From IMG/VR virus record IMGVR_UViG_3300020294_000009, positions 1-41,763 of that record: 41,763 bases of DNA; one strand, given 5' to 3'. Below, in pieces: positions 28,123 to 37,538 of this stretch. The notes under the pieces were generated by a model. It was not told where the DNA came from and made no database searches. It saw nothing but the letters and a program-made list of their open reading frames with translations. Position 1 is the stretch's first letter. Each line of letters starts with the position of its first letter. The position numbers and the translations under genes were made by a program. Source of the stretch: a virus. Lineage: Duplodnaviria; Caudoviricetes.

Positions 28123-31100
28123 TGTCTGCAACGATTCTGATAAAGAGGACGCAAGGAACCTCACCACCAACCGCAGCACCAGTTGGAACTGGTGTATCCT
28201 TTGGTGAATTAGTATACACCTACGATACATCTGATGTAGGTGCTGGTAAGTCGTACAAGAAATTATATATTGGTAACCCATCTGGTCCTACTCAACCTCC
28301 AATTGTTGTTGGTGGTGAGTATTACACTCAAATGTTGCCAGAGAACCCAGCTGACTTTGGTAAGCCAGTTGCTTCTAAGGCAGTTATTCTTAACCCTTCA
28401 GGGCAAGTTGTATCTTGGAATGTTCAGACTGATCTTAATGTTAGTGGTGCTTCAACAGTTGGTTCTGATTTAACTGTTGGTGGTAATTTAAATGTAACTG
28501 GAGATGTAACATATGATGAAGTAGCTGGTAGGAATACAAATATTATTGGTATTGGTACTATCGGTACTCTTGGTATTACCACAACTTTAGATACTCCGCA
28601 TTTTACTAACAGAGTTGGTATTATAAGTGCTCTGTCTGGTGTTGGTGGTACATTTAATGATTTCAATTCTACATCTGCACAGTTTGAGCAGATTAATGTA
28701 AGTCATGCCTCTACTACTAAGAACCTTACGGTTACTGGTATTGCAACTATTGAAGATAATGTAGACTTCAGAACGCAGTTAATAAGAATTGGTAGAGAAG
28801 CAGGTGAACTAGAAACTGATGGTAGTGATCGTCAGGGGTTCTTTATTGGTAACTGGGCAGGTCAGCAAGCTGGTTTAACTACTCTTACTAATAGAAACAT
28901 TGCTATTGGTCACAGTGCCTTCCAGAAGGGTGGTCAGACTAAGGCAGAATCTAACCTTTTTGTAGGACATTTTGCTGGACAAGAGGCAGAAGGTTCACAT
29001 AACATCTATCTTGGTGATAAGGTAGGTCAAGATTTAGGATCTCAAAGTGTTATTGGATATGGCGAAACTGGTAATGCTACTACAATTTCATTCTCTGATG
29101 GAAGTCAGTTACCAACTGACCCATATGATTATAAAGTATATGGTAGTATAGAAGCTGCAGGTATTACCAGTGTAACTGGTGGTATGTGGGCAATTGCTAT
29201 TGAAGATCTTAATGATTTAAGTGTAGTTAATAATGCTGTTAATAGTAACCTAACATTTAATGTTGGTACTGCAAGCAATGGTCATTTAAATAAGACCAAA
29301 GCTGGTCCTTTTAAAGTTAAGGGTAGTAACAACTTTGCGTTACTTACTGACAATAACGATTGTATCTACTTAGATAGTTCTTCTTCAAGCTATCTTGGTC
29401 TTTCTGGTCAGTATGGTTTCTTACTTGTAACTTCTGGTATCACAACAAATAGTGGTCTAGAAGATCATGATCAGAACATTGGTATAGGTAGAGAAGCACT
29501 ATGGGGTGCTGGTATATCAACTAACCAGAGCAATAACATTGCTATTGGTGCGTTTACTCTTTATAAAGTTAATGGTGATAATAATATTGCTATTGGTCAA
29601 TCTGCTGGTGTAGAGAATACTGGTAGTAACAATGTTATCATTGGTCAGAATCAAGATGTAGCAATGACAACTGAGGATACTCAGTTAATCATTGGTTCTG
29701 GTAATACTAAGTGGATTTCTGGTAATAAGGACGGTTGGGTCGGCGTGGGGACCACAACACCAACTGCTCTCCTCGATGTGGATGGTGATGTCAACATCAC
29801 TGGTGTTGCTACTATTCCTCAACTAGATGTTAATGACATTGGTATTGAGGACATTAAGATCACTGCTGGTTTAGCAACTGATCTAGCAGTCACTTATGCT
29901 AAGATTCAGACTGGTATCATTACTGATCAGACTGGTACTGCAGCAACAATCACTAGAGCTGATTTCGTTGATGTAGATGTAGAAGATATTAAAATTACAG
30001 TCGGTCTTGCTACTGACCTAGCAATTACTAACCTAGTCAACTCTGTTGGTATTATCACTAATGCCTACATCGATGTAGGTGTTGTAACATCTTATGTTGG
30101 TACTTACTCAACAATTAGTGTTGTTGATATTGAGACATTAGATGCGAAGCAAACAAGTATTACAGGACTTGCTGTAACAGATACGGTTGGTACTGCTAAT
30201 ACTACAACTAATGTAGACTTTGTAAATGCAGATATTGAAGATGTTAAGATTACTGCTGGTTTAGCAACTGACTTTGCTATCACAAACCTTGTCAATAGTG
30301 TTGGTATTATTACCAATGCTTATATTGATGTTGGTGTTGTTACATCTTATGTTGGTACATATTCAACAATTAGTGTTGTTGACATTGAAACTCTTGATGC
30401 CAAGCAAACAAGTATTACAGGACTTGCGGTAACTGACATTGTTGGTACTGCTGCAACTATAACAACATTTGATACTGAAACTGCTGATCTTAATGATGTT
30501 AAGATAACAACTGGTATTATTACATCTTTAGTTGGTACTTATTCTACGATTACTGATGTAAATATCACTAATGATCTTAGAGTTGGTGGTGCAACTTCGA
30601 TGACTGGTGATGTCATAATCACTGGTAATCTTACCATCAATGGAACTGAAACTACAATAAACACTGCCACCTTGACGGTGGATGACAAGACTATTGAAAT
30701 TGGTAAGGTTGATACTCCTACAGATACAACCGCCGATGGAGGTGGTATTGTCCTCAAGGGTGCATCAGATCATAGTTTACTATGGGACAACTCTAGGGAC
30801 TCCTGGAAGGTCTCTGAGGACTTCTCTCCTAGTGCAGACGGAGTAAAAGATTTAGGTCAACCAGATCTAGAGTGGCAAGACCTCTATGTTGATGGTACTG
30901 CTCATCTAGATGATGCTGACATTCTTGATGTTAAGATCACTGCTGGTTTAGCAACTGATCTTGCTATTACCAATTTGGTCAATCAGACTGGTATTATAAC
31001 CAATGCCTACATTGATGTAGGTGTTGTTACATCATTGGTTGGTACTTATGCAACCATTACAGTCTTTGACACAGAGACTCTTGATGCTAAGAATACAAAT

Positions 31101-33467
31101 ATTACTGGATTAGCAGTTACCGATATTGTTGGTACTGCTGCCACTATTGCTACAATTGATGTAGTTGATGGTGATATTGAAGATGCTAAGATTACTGCTA
31201 TTGCTGCAACATCATTTGTTGGTACATATGCTACCATCACTACTGCATACATTCAGGATCTGACTGCTGACAATCTTAACTTTGTTGGATTGGCAGTTAC
31301 TGATGTACAAGTCAGTATGGCAGCAACCTTCACAGGTGTTATTGATGTTAACAATGCAGATATTCAGAATCTTTATACAACTGCTGGTGTTGTTACATCT
31401 TTAGTTGGTACTTATGCAACGATTACAACTGTTGACATTGAGACTCTTGATGCTCAAGATGTAAACATTACTGGTCTTGCGGTAACTGATATTGTCGGTA
31501 CTGCTGCTACTATTACTACTCTTGATATTAGTAATGGTGATATATTAGATGCAAATATTACAGGTCTAGCAGTTACAAATACTGTTGGAACTTATACTAC
31601 AATCACTGGTCTATTTGATTCTGATGGACACACAGAATTAGATAATACTAATGTTGCTGGTGTTACTACCTTTAACAATGATATTGATCTAAAGGGTAGT
31701 CAGGCAGGAATCACTTCTGGTTTCTGGGATGCTTCCGCTAATACTTGGAAGTTCAACGATGGTACTCAGGTTCAGTTCGGTGATGGAGCCGATATGAAGC
31801 TGTTCCATGATGGGGAACATTCATACATCCAAGATACAGGTACAGGAGATCTTAAGATCCAAGGTAATAATGTTCTAATACAGAACACAGGTGGTACAGA
31901 GAATTATATTCGTGCATACAACGATGGATCTGTTGAACTCTATCATGGAATGGCAGGGGGTGGATCCTCCAAGAAGGTTGAAACCATTAGCACTGGTGCA
32001 ACTGTCTTTGGTGAGTTAATTGTTAGTGGAGATGTTAGAGTCGGTGGTGCATTAACCGTTATCGGTCAAACAACATTCACGGGTGGAACACTCACTTTAG
32101 GTGATGCTGATACTGACAATGTTGTATTCAATGCTGACATTGATTCAAGTTTCATTCCTGATGATGACGATACCTACAGTATTGGTACTGCTACTCAACA
32201 GTGGAAGGATATTCATATTGATGGTGTTGCTTACATTGATGACTTAAGTGTTGATTCTACGGTTGGTACTTATGCTACATTCACTACAATTAAGACAACC
32301 AATCTTGATGTTAGTGATGCTAAGATTACTACAGGTATTGTAACTAACTTTACAGTTGGTCAAGTAAGAGGTGATGGTTCATTAACAATCAATTCTCCTG
32401 TAGGTCTTAACAGTCATACAGATATACCTGATAATGTTGAGGTAAGAATTGGTGATAATACAGACTTTAAACTTTATCATCAGGATACTGATGCATTTAA
32501 CAATAGAGGTCATGTTATTCTTCAACATGGTAATGGTAATGCTACTTACGGTAGATTACAGGTAAGAAGTGATTACTTCAGTGTACAAACTGCTGCAGGT
32601 AATAGTGATTTCTTAACTGTTGATGATAAGACTATTAAGTTGATGTATGCTGATACAGCAGCTTCTGGTATTGGTGATAGATTAGTTATTAGAGCATCTG
32701 GTTCAGAGATGCTTGGTATCGTTACCTTCAAGGATAACGGTGTTTATAAGGGAGAAGTTGCAATTGGTTCTTCTATAACAGCAACTGCTGGTGTCGTAAC
32801 TGCTAATGCAATTGATGTTATTGATGCTGATATTGAAGATGCTAAGATTACTGCTGGTCTTGCTACAGACTTTGCAATAACCAATGCTAAGATTCAAAGT
32901 GGTATTGTAACCACTATGGCTGTCACAGACATGCAAGTGTCTAGTGCATCTACAAACACTGGTATTACTAGCACACAGAATTTATATGTGGTTGGTATTG
33001 CTACTGTTGGTGGAAGTTTGAATGTTAATGGTATTAATATTACAGGTATGGGTGGTACGGTTGTTGCTGGTTTCGGTACTGACCTTATTTCACAAAATCT
33101 ATTGGTAACTGGTATTGCTACTGTTTCTCAAGTAACAGTTGGTAAGGGTAGTTCAGAGACTAAGATTAATACCAATAGCGGTGAATTAGTTTTAGATTCT
33201 TCTGCTGGTCAAGTTACTATTCAAGATAACTTACAAGTAGTTGGATATGGCACATTTAAGAATGGTTTATATTATCGCTCAGATCAAGGTGGAAGCACTG
33301 GTATTGGATACAGTGGTCCAAATGGTATGGGTTACTTTGAGGCAGATGGAAGACTGGTAAGTACAGCAAGCACAGTTGGTTTCTTAACTACTTCTAACTA
33401 TGTTATGACTACAAACGCTTCTGGAGTCCCACAGTGGACAGATTCAATTGATGGAGGATTCTTCTAA
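28122..33467 (+). CDS. long tail-fibre-like protein (1781 aa)
   Basis: N-terminal ILIKR...FGELVY...KLYIGN module, YadA-head-like NIAIGxxA repeats, long T/I/V/D/G-rich 5-residue-periodic repeats, and C-terminus IDGGFF. Lies upstream of gp13. Confidence 0.8.
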   Translation: MSATILIKRTQGTSPPTAAPVGTGVSFGELVYTYDTSDVGAGKSYKKLYIGNPSGPTQPPIVVGGEYYTQMLPENPADFGKPVASKAVILNPSGQVVSWNVQTDLNVSGASTVGSDLTVGGNLNVTGDVTYDEVAGRNTNIIGIGTIGTLGITTTLDTPHFTNRVGIISALSGVGGTFNDFNSTSAQFEQINVSHASTTKNLTVTGIATIEDNVDFRTQLIRIGREAGELETDGSDRQGFFIGNWAGQQAGLTTLTNRNIAIGHSAFQKGGQTKAESNLFVGHFAGQEAEGSHNIYLGDKVGQDLGSQSVIGYGETGNATTISFSDGSQLPTDPYDYKVYGSIEAAGITSVTGGMWAIAIEDLNDLSVVNNAVNSNLTFNVGTASNGHLNKTKAGPFKVKGSNNFALLTDNNDCIYLDSSSSSYLGLSGQYGFLLVTSGITTNSGLEDHDQNIGIGREALWGAGISTNQSNNIAIGAFTLYKVNGDNNIAIGQSAGVENTGSNNVIIGQNQDVAMTTEDTQLIIGSGNTKWISGNKDGWVGVGTTTPTALLDVDGDVNITGVATIPQLDVNDIGIEDIKITAGLATDLAVTYAKIQTGIITDQTGTAATITRADFVDVDVEDIKITVGLATDLAITNLVNSVGIITNAYIDVGVVTSYVGTYSTISVVDIETLDAKQTSITGLAVTDTVGTANTTTNVDFVNADIEDVKITAGLATDFAITNLVNSVGIITNAYIDVGVVTSYVGTYSTISVVDIETLDAKQTSITGLAVTDIVGTAATITTFDTETADLNDVKITTGIITSLVGTYSTITDVNITNDLRVGGATSMTGDVIITGNLTINGTETTINTATLTVDDKTIEIGKVDTPTDTTADGGGIVLKGASDHSLLWDNSRDSWKVSEDFSPSADGVKDLGQPDLEWQDLYVDGTAHLDDADILDVKITAGLATDLAITNLVNQTGIITNAYIDVGVVTSLVGTYATITVFDTETLDAKNTNITGLAVTDIVGTAATIATIDVVDGDIEDAKITAIAATSFVGTYATITTAYIQDLTADNLNFVGLAVTDVQVSMAATFTGVIDVNNADIQNLYTTAGVVTSLVGTYATITTVDIETLDAQDVNITGLAVTDIVGTAATITTLDISNGDILDANITGLAVTNTVGTYTTITGLFDSDGHTELDNTNVAGVTTFNNDIDLKGSQAGITSGFWDASANTWKFNDGTQVQFGDGADMKLFHDGEHSYIQDTGTGDLKIQGNNVLIQNTGGTENYIRAYNDGSVELYHGMAGGGSSKKVETISTGATVFGELIVSGDVRVGGALTVIGQTTFTGGTLTLGDADTDNVVFNADIDSSFIPDDDDTYSIGTATQQWKDIHIDGVAYIDDLSVDSTVGTYATFTTIKTTNLDVSDAKITTGIVTNFTVGQVRGDGSLTINSPVGLNSHTDIPDNVEVRIGDNTDFKLYHQDTDAFNNRGHVILQHGNGNATYGRLQVRSDYFSVQTAAGNSDFLTVDDKTIKLMYADTAASGIGDRLVIRASGSEMLGIVTFKDNGVYKGEVAIGSSITATAGVVTANAIDVIDADIEDAKITAGLATDFAITNAKIQSGIVTTMAVTDMQVSSASTNTGITSTQNLYVVGIATVGGSLNVNGINITGMGGTVVAGFGTDLISQNLLVTGIATVSQVTVGKGSSETKINTNSGELVLDSSAGQVTIQDNLQVVGYGTFKNGLYYRSDQGGSTGIGYSGPNGMGYFEADGRLVSTASTVGFLTTSNYVMTTNASGVPQWTDSIDGGFF
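29982..30491 (+). repeat. tandem 255-nt (85-aa) duplication in the fibre gene; further partial copies near 30925-31530 and 32830-32910
   Basis: EDIKITVGLATDLAITNLVNSVG... at 29982 recurs as EDVKITAGLATDFAITNLVNSVG... at 30237. Confidence 0.9.
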
Positions 33468-34294
33468 TGGCAGTTCCAACCACAAGAGATACACTACAAG
33501 AATATGTCTTTAGACAATTAGGTGCTCCTATTCTAGAGATAAATGTTGCCGATGAGCAATTTGATGATTTACTGGATGACTCCTTACAGTTTTTCTATGA
33601 GAGACATTTTGATGGTGTAGAGGAAGTATTCCTTAAGTATAAACTTACTTCAGATGATGTTGAGAAAGGTAGAGCAAGAGGGGGTGGATTTAGTCAAGGA
33701 ATAGTTTCAACTACTGTTTCTGGATTTACTTTTGAAGAAAATGCAAACTATTTAACTCTACCAGATCCTATCTTGGGTGTTAAAAGAGTGCATCAATTTG
33801 ATAGTAGTGGACTTAGTAATGGTATGTTTAACTTAAAGTATCAGTTATTCTTAAATGATATTGCTTTTAACTTAGGTTATGATGGTCTTCTTAACTATTC
33901 AATGACCAAGACATATCTAGAAGATATTAATTTCTTGTTGACTACTTCAACACAAATTAGATATAACAAGAGAAATAATAAATTATACATGGATATTGAT
34001 TGGGCATCTGCTACTGTTGGACATTATTGTTTAATTGAGTGTTATAGGATAATGGATCCTGCAACTACAGGAAATGCTGATATATACAATGATTCTTTCT
34101 TAAAAAGATATGTCACTGCAAAAACTAAGAAGCAGTGGGGTCAAAATTTAATTAAGTTTGGTGGTGTAAAATTACCAGGTGGTATTGAATTAAATGGTCG
34201 TCAGATCTATGAAGATGGTGATCTAGAGTTAAGAGAGATAGAAGAGAAAATGCTATCTACTTACGAAATTCCAGTCCTTGACATGATAGGTTAA
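33467..34294 (+). CDS. gp13: neck protein gp13
   Basis: Motifs RQLGAPILEINVADEQ, QFFYERHFDG and KKQWGQNLIKFGGVKLPGGIELNGRQIY; ends DMIG. Confidence 0.95.
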   Translation: MAVPTTRDTLQEYVFRQLGAPILEINVADEQFDDLLDDSLQFFYERHFDGVEEVFLKYKLTSDDVEKGRARGGGFSQGIVSTTVSGFTFEENANYLTLPDPILGVKRVHQFDSSGLSNGMFNLKYQLFLNDIAFNLGYDGLLNYSMTKTYLEDINFLLTTSTQIRYNKRNNKLYMDIDWASATVGHYCLIECYRIMDPATTGNADIYNDSFLKRYVTAKTKKQWGQNLIKFGGVKLPGGIELNGRQIYEDGDLELREIEEKMLSTYEIPVLDMIG

Positions 34295-35970
34295 TGCCTG
34301 TATCCCCTTTTTTCCAACATGGTTCTCCTGATGAACAGAGATTAGTCCAAGGGCTAATTGATGAGCATCTTAGTATTCATGGGATTGATTGTTATTACAT
34401 ACCAAGAAAACAGATTGTTACTGATGATATCTTAGGAGAAGTTCAATCCTCAAAGTTTAATGATAATTATTTGATGGAAGCATACCTCAACAACTATGAG
34501 GGGTATGCTAAGGGTAGTGATGTTATGACTAAGTTTGGCATCAACTTACAGAATGAGATTACTTTAACAATATCAAGAGAAAGATTTGAGGACTTTATTG
34601 CACCATTTCAGTTTAACTCTACAAATTTACAAGGTCCTAGAGATGGTGATCTTGATTTTGGAACTAGACCTAAAGAGGGTGATCTAATTTGGTTCCCATT
34701 AGGAGAGAGATTATTTGAGATTAAACATGTAGAACATGAGATGCCTTTCTTCCAGTTAGGTAAAAATTATACTTATGAACTTCAATGTGAACTCTTCCAG
34801 TTAGAAGATGAAATTATCGATACCAATGTTGCTGGTATAGATGAAAGAATGAGTGAAGAAGGATATATTACTACAGTTACACTTGCTGGTATTGGATCAA
34901 CTGCTAAGGCATCTGTTGATACCTTTGCATTGTCTGGTGCATTACAGAAGATTACATTGAATGATGATGGTTCTGGATATACTACAGTACCCAATATTAC
35001 TGTAGAAGCATCACCTGCTGGTGTATCAACATCTCTAGGTCAGGTAGTTGGATTTACAACTGTTAAAGGTCAACTTGCTGCTATAGATTATGTTGCTATA
35101 ACTAATCCAGGTTTTGCATATGTTGAACCACCTGCTATTGGATTTGGTACTCCAGGTGTGGGTGCTGCTGCTACTTCTACATTAACTAATAGTGGTATTG
35201 CATCTATTAGAATCACTCAACCAGGATTTAATTATGTTTCTCCACCTATAGTTTCCATTCAACACCCTCAGTATGTTGATAAACAATATCAATTTACTGG
35301 TGTTGCTACTGCTGGAACTTCACAAATTGTTGGACTTAATACTTTGGCTAATATTGCAATTGGTCATACTATTAACTTCTTTAGTGGTGCTGGTACTGTT
35401 ACACTTATTGGTGGTGGTATTGTAACTTCTATTACTGGTGTTGGATCTACTTCAGTGGTAAGTCTTGGATCATCATTTGGAGGAACTGGTACTTCTAGTC
35501 CTGGTACATTTGTTGGTACTGGTGCTATGGTTGGTGCTAAAGCAGGTCAGACACAAGCAACAGCAGTTGCTACATTATCAAATGATGCAATGTTTAGAAT
35601 ATATCTAACAGATGCTGGTACTGGATATGAGGCAACTCCAACGGTTTCTATCAGTGCTCCATTAAGTACTGGTATAGGAACTTATCATCTAAATGAAAGA
35701 GTTGTAGGATCTACTTCTGGTACAGAAGCATATGTCAAGAGTTGGAATGCAACTACTAGACAGCTTGAAGTATCAATAAATACTGGAGACTTCTATTCTG
35801 GTGAATACATTACTGGAACTGCATCTTCTGCTAGATATCAAGTCTTCTCTTATAATGATGATTTGAGTTCTCAAGCTCAAGGTGATGAATTCTTTATGAA
35901 TGATGAATTTGAAACTCAAGCAGATGCTCTTCTTGACTTCACTGAAAGCAATCCATTTGGTATAGTTTAA
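34294..35970 (+). CDS. gp14: neck protein gp14 with internal repeat expansion
   Basis: Motifs HGIDCYYIPR, KFGINLQNEITLTISRERF, RPKEGDLIWFP, FEIKHVEHEMPFFQLGKNYTYELQCELF; ends DFTESNPFG. Confidence 0.93.
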   Translation: MPVSPFFQHGSPDEQRLVQGLIDEHLSIHGIDCYYIPRKQIVTDDILGEVQSSKFNDNYLMEAYLNNYEGYAKGSDVMTKFGINLQNEITLTISRERFEDFIAPFQFNSTNLQGPRDGDLDFGTRPKEGDLIWFPLGERLFEIKHVEHEMPFFQLGKNYTYELQCELFQLEDEIIDTNVAGIDERMSEEGYITTVTLAGIGSTAKASVDTFALSGALQKITLNDDGSGYTTVPNITVEASPAGVSTSLGQVVGFTTVKGQLAAIDYVAITNPGFAYVEPPAIGFGTPGVGAAATSTLTNSGIASIRITQPGFNYVSPPIVSIQHPQYVDKQYQFTGVATAGTSQIVGLNTLANIAIGHTINFFSGAGTVTLIGGGIVTSITGVGSTSVVSLGSSFGGTGTSSPGTFVGTGAMVGAKAGQTQATAVATLSNDAMFRIYLTDAGTGYEATPTVSISAPLSTGIGTYHLNERVVGSTSGTEAYVKSWNATTRQLEVSINTGDFYSGEYITGTASSARYQVFSYNDDLSSQAQGDEFFMNDEFETQADALLDFTESNPFGIV

Positions 35971-36776
35971 TGTTAGGTACTTATTTTTATCACGAAATTT
36001 TAAGAAAAACAATTATCGCTTTTGGTACATTGTTTAATGATGTTAATATACAGCATGATGATAGAACTGGTGGTACTATTAGTGCAACTAAAGTTCCATT
36101 AATTTATGGACCAAAACAAAAGTTCTTAGCAAAACTTGAACAACAAGCAGAGTTGTCGAAAGCAGTTGCTATAACTTTACCTAGGATGTCATTTGAGATG
36201 ACATCTATGTCATATGACCCTAGTAGAAAATCAAGTATTACTAGAACTTTTAAAGCAGTTGATACCAATGATAGCACTAAAGCAAAGAAAGTATATTTAC
36301 CAGTACCTTACAATGTAGGGTTTGAACTTAATGTAATGACTAAGTTAAATGATGATGCATTACAGATCGTAGAACAAATACTTCCATTTTTTCAACCAGC
36401 ATTTAATGTTACAATAGATTTAGTAAGTTCTATTGGAGAAAAAAGAGATATTCCCATTGTACTAGATAATATATCATTCAGTGATGAATATGAAGGAGAC
36501 TTTTCTACTAGAAGAGTTTTGATGTATACTTTTAATTTTACTGCTAAGACTTATCTATTCGGTCCTGTTGCTGATAGTACTGATGGTCTTATCAAGAAGG
36601 TTCAAGTTGATTACTATGCAAATACTGATACTCAAGCAGCGAAGCGTGAAATGAGGTATACTGTTACTCCAGATCCAATTACTGCTGGACCTGAAGATGA
36701 CTTTGGATTCAGTGAAACTACTACTATGTTTAGTGATTCCAAGAAGTATAGCCCTACTAGACAGGAGGATGTATGA
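35970..36776 (+). CDS. gp15: tail sheath stabiliser / tail terminator gp15
   Basis: Motifs YFYHEILRKTIIAFGTLFN, VPLIYGPKQKFL, TLPRMSFE, PVPYN and QIVEQILPFFQP. Confidence 0.95.
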   Translation: MLGTYFYHEILRKTIIAFGTLFNDVNIQHDDRTGGTISATKVPLIYGPKQKFLAKLEQQAELSKAVAITLPRMSFEMTSMSYDPSRKSSITRTFKAVDTNDSTKAKKVYLPVPYNVGFELNVMTKLNDDALQIVEQILPFFQPAFNVTIDLVSSIGEKRDIPIVLDNISFSDEYEGDFSTRRVLMYTFNFTAKTYLFGPVADSTDGLIKKVQVDYYANTDTQAAKREMRYTVTPDPITAGPEDDFGFSETTTMFSDSKKYSPTRQEDV

Positions 36777-37111
36777 TCCCACTACCTGAAATTCCTTATG
36801 ACCCTTGGTTTAACGAAAAACCAAATCCCCTTGATGATATGCCTATAGCAACTAATGACAGATTTGATATGTATGGATCCTCTGATGCAGATGATGCTTA
36901 TAACCCAAGACCTGAAGAAGAGGTAGCAGATCTATATGCATCAAGGCATGAATCATCACCTAAGTTTGAAAAGAGTGCAAAAGAAGTAGTTACTATGCAT
37001 GAGAAGATGTATAGAATTGCTACTGCAAAATACAATCCATTTGCTATAGGTGGATCGGAAAGTATTCATGATTTTGAAGGAGGATCAGAAAATGTCCAAA
37101 CCAATAGATGA
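36773..37111 (+). CDS. hypothetical acidic protein (112 aa)
   Basis: ATGA overlap with the gp15 stop, GGAGG RBS upstream, 20-nt overlap with the gp16 start. Confidence 0.75.
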   Translation: MIPLPEIPYDPWFNEKPNPLDDMPIATNDRFDMYGSSDADDAYNPRPEEEVADLYASRHESSPKFEKSAKEVVTMHEKMYRIATAKYNPFAIGGSESIHDFEGGSENVQTNR

Positions 37112-37517
37112 TGCATTAAATACTTCTTCAGAGGTGGTAAAAGTTGAAGCTACTGATATACCTGAAAATGGGTGTACTACAAGAAAGGATCAACTAACAA
37201 AAGTTGATATAGATAAAGATTATGAATACTCTCGTGCTCAATTATATTCTCTAATATCAAAAGGTCAAGAAACCTTAGATGGTATAATGGATGTAGCAAA
37301 TGAGTCTGGTTCACCCAGAGCATTTGAAGTAGCAGGACAAGTATTAAAATCAACTGCTGATATTGCAGATAAGTTAATGGATCTCCAGAAAAAAGTTAAG
37401 GAGATTGATGAGACTAAAAATAAGACTACAAACAATGTTACCAATAATGCGATATTCACTGGTAGCACTGCAGAGTTGCAGAAGATGATAAAGCAAGGGT
37501 TTCTAGATGCTAAATAA
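37092..37517 (+). CDS. gp16: terminase small subunit gp16
   Basis: Motifs DYEYSRAQLYSLI, SPRAFEVAGQV, DKLMDLQKK and NNAIFTGSTAELQKM. ATG at 37092 follows a GGAGGA RBS; the ORF-track start at 37050 is less likely. Confidence 0.92.
   Translation: MSKPIDDALNTSSEVVKVEATDIPENGCTTRKDQLTKVDIDKDYEYSRAQLYSLISKGQETLDGIMDVANESGSPRAFEVAGQVLKSTADIADKLMDLQKKVKEIDETKNKTTNNVTNNAIFTGSTAELQKMIKQGFLDAK
37510..37516 (+). promoter_or_regulatory. possible late promoter variant (CTAAATA)
   Basis: At the 3' end of gp16, 22 nt before the ATG at 37539. Confidence 0.5.
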
Positions 37518-37538
37518 GAGCTAGTTACTCTTATCTTG

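Noticed and set aside
29982-31560. Fibre repeats as a diversity-generating retroelement TR/VR pair or a CRISPR array
   Set aside because: Differences are synonymous and not adenine-specific, all copies are in-frame coding, and there is no reverse transcriptase or spacer structure in the window.
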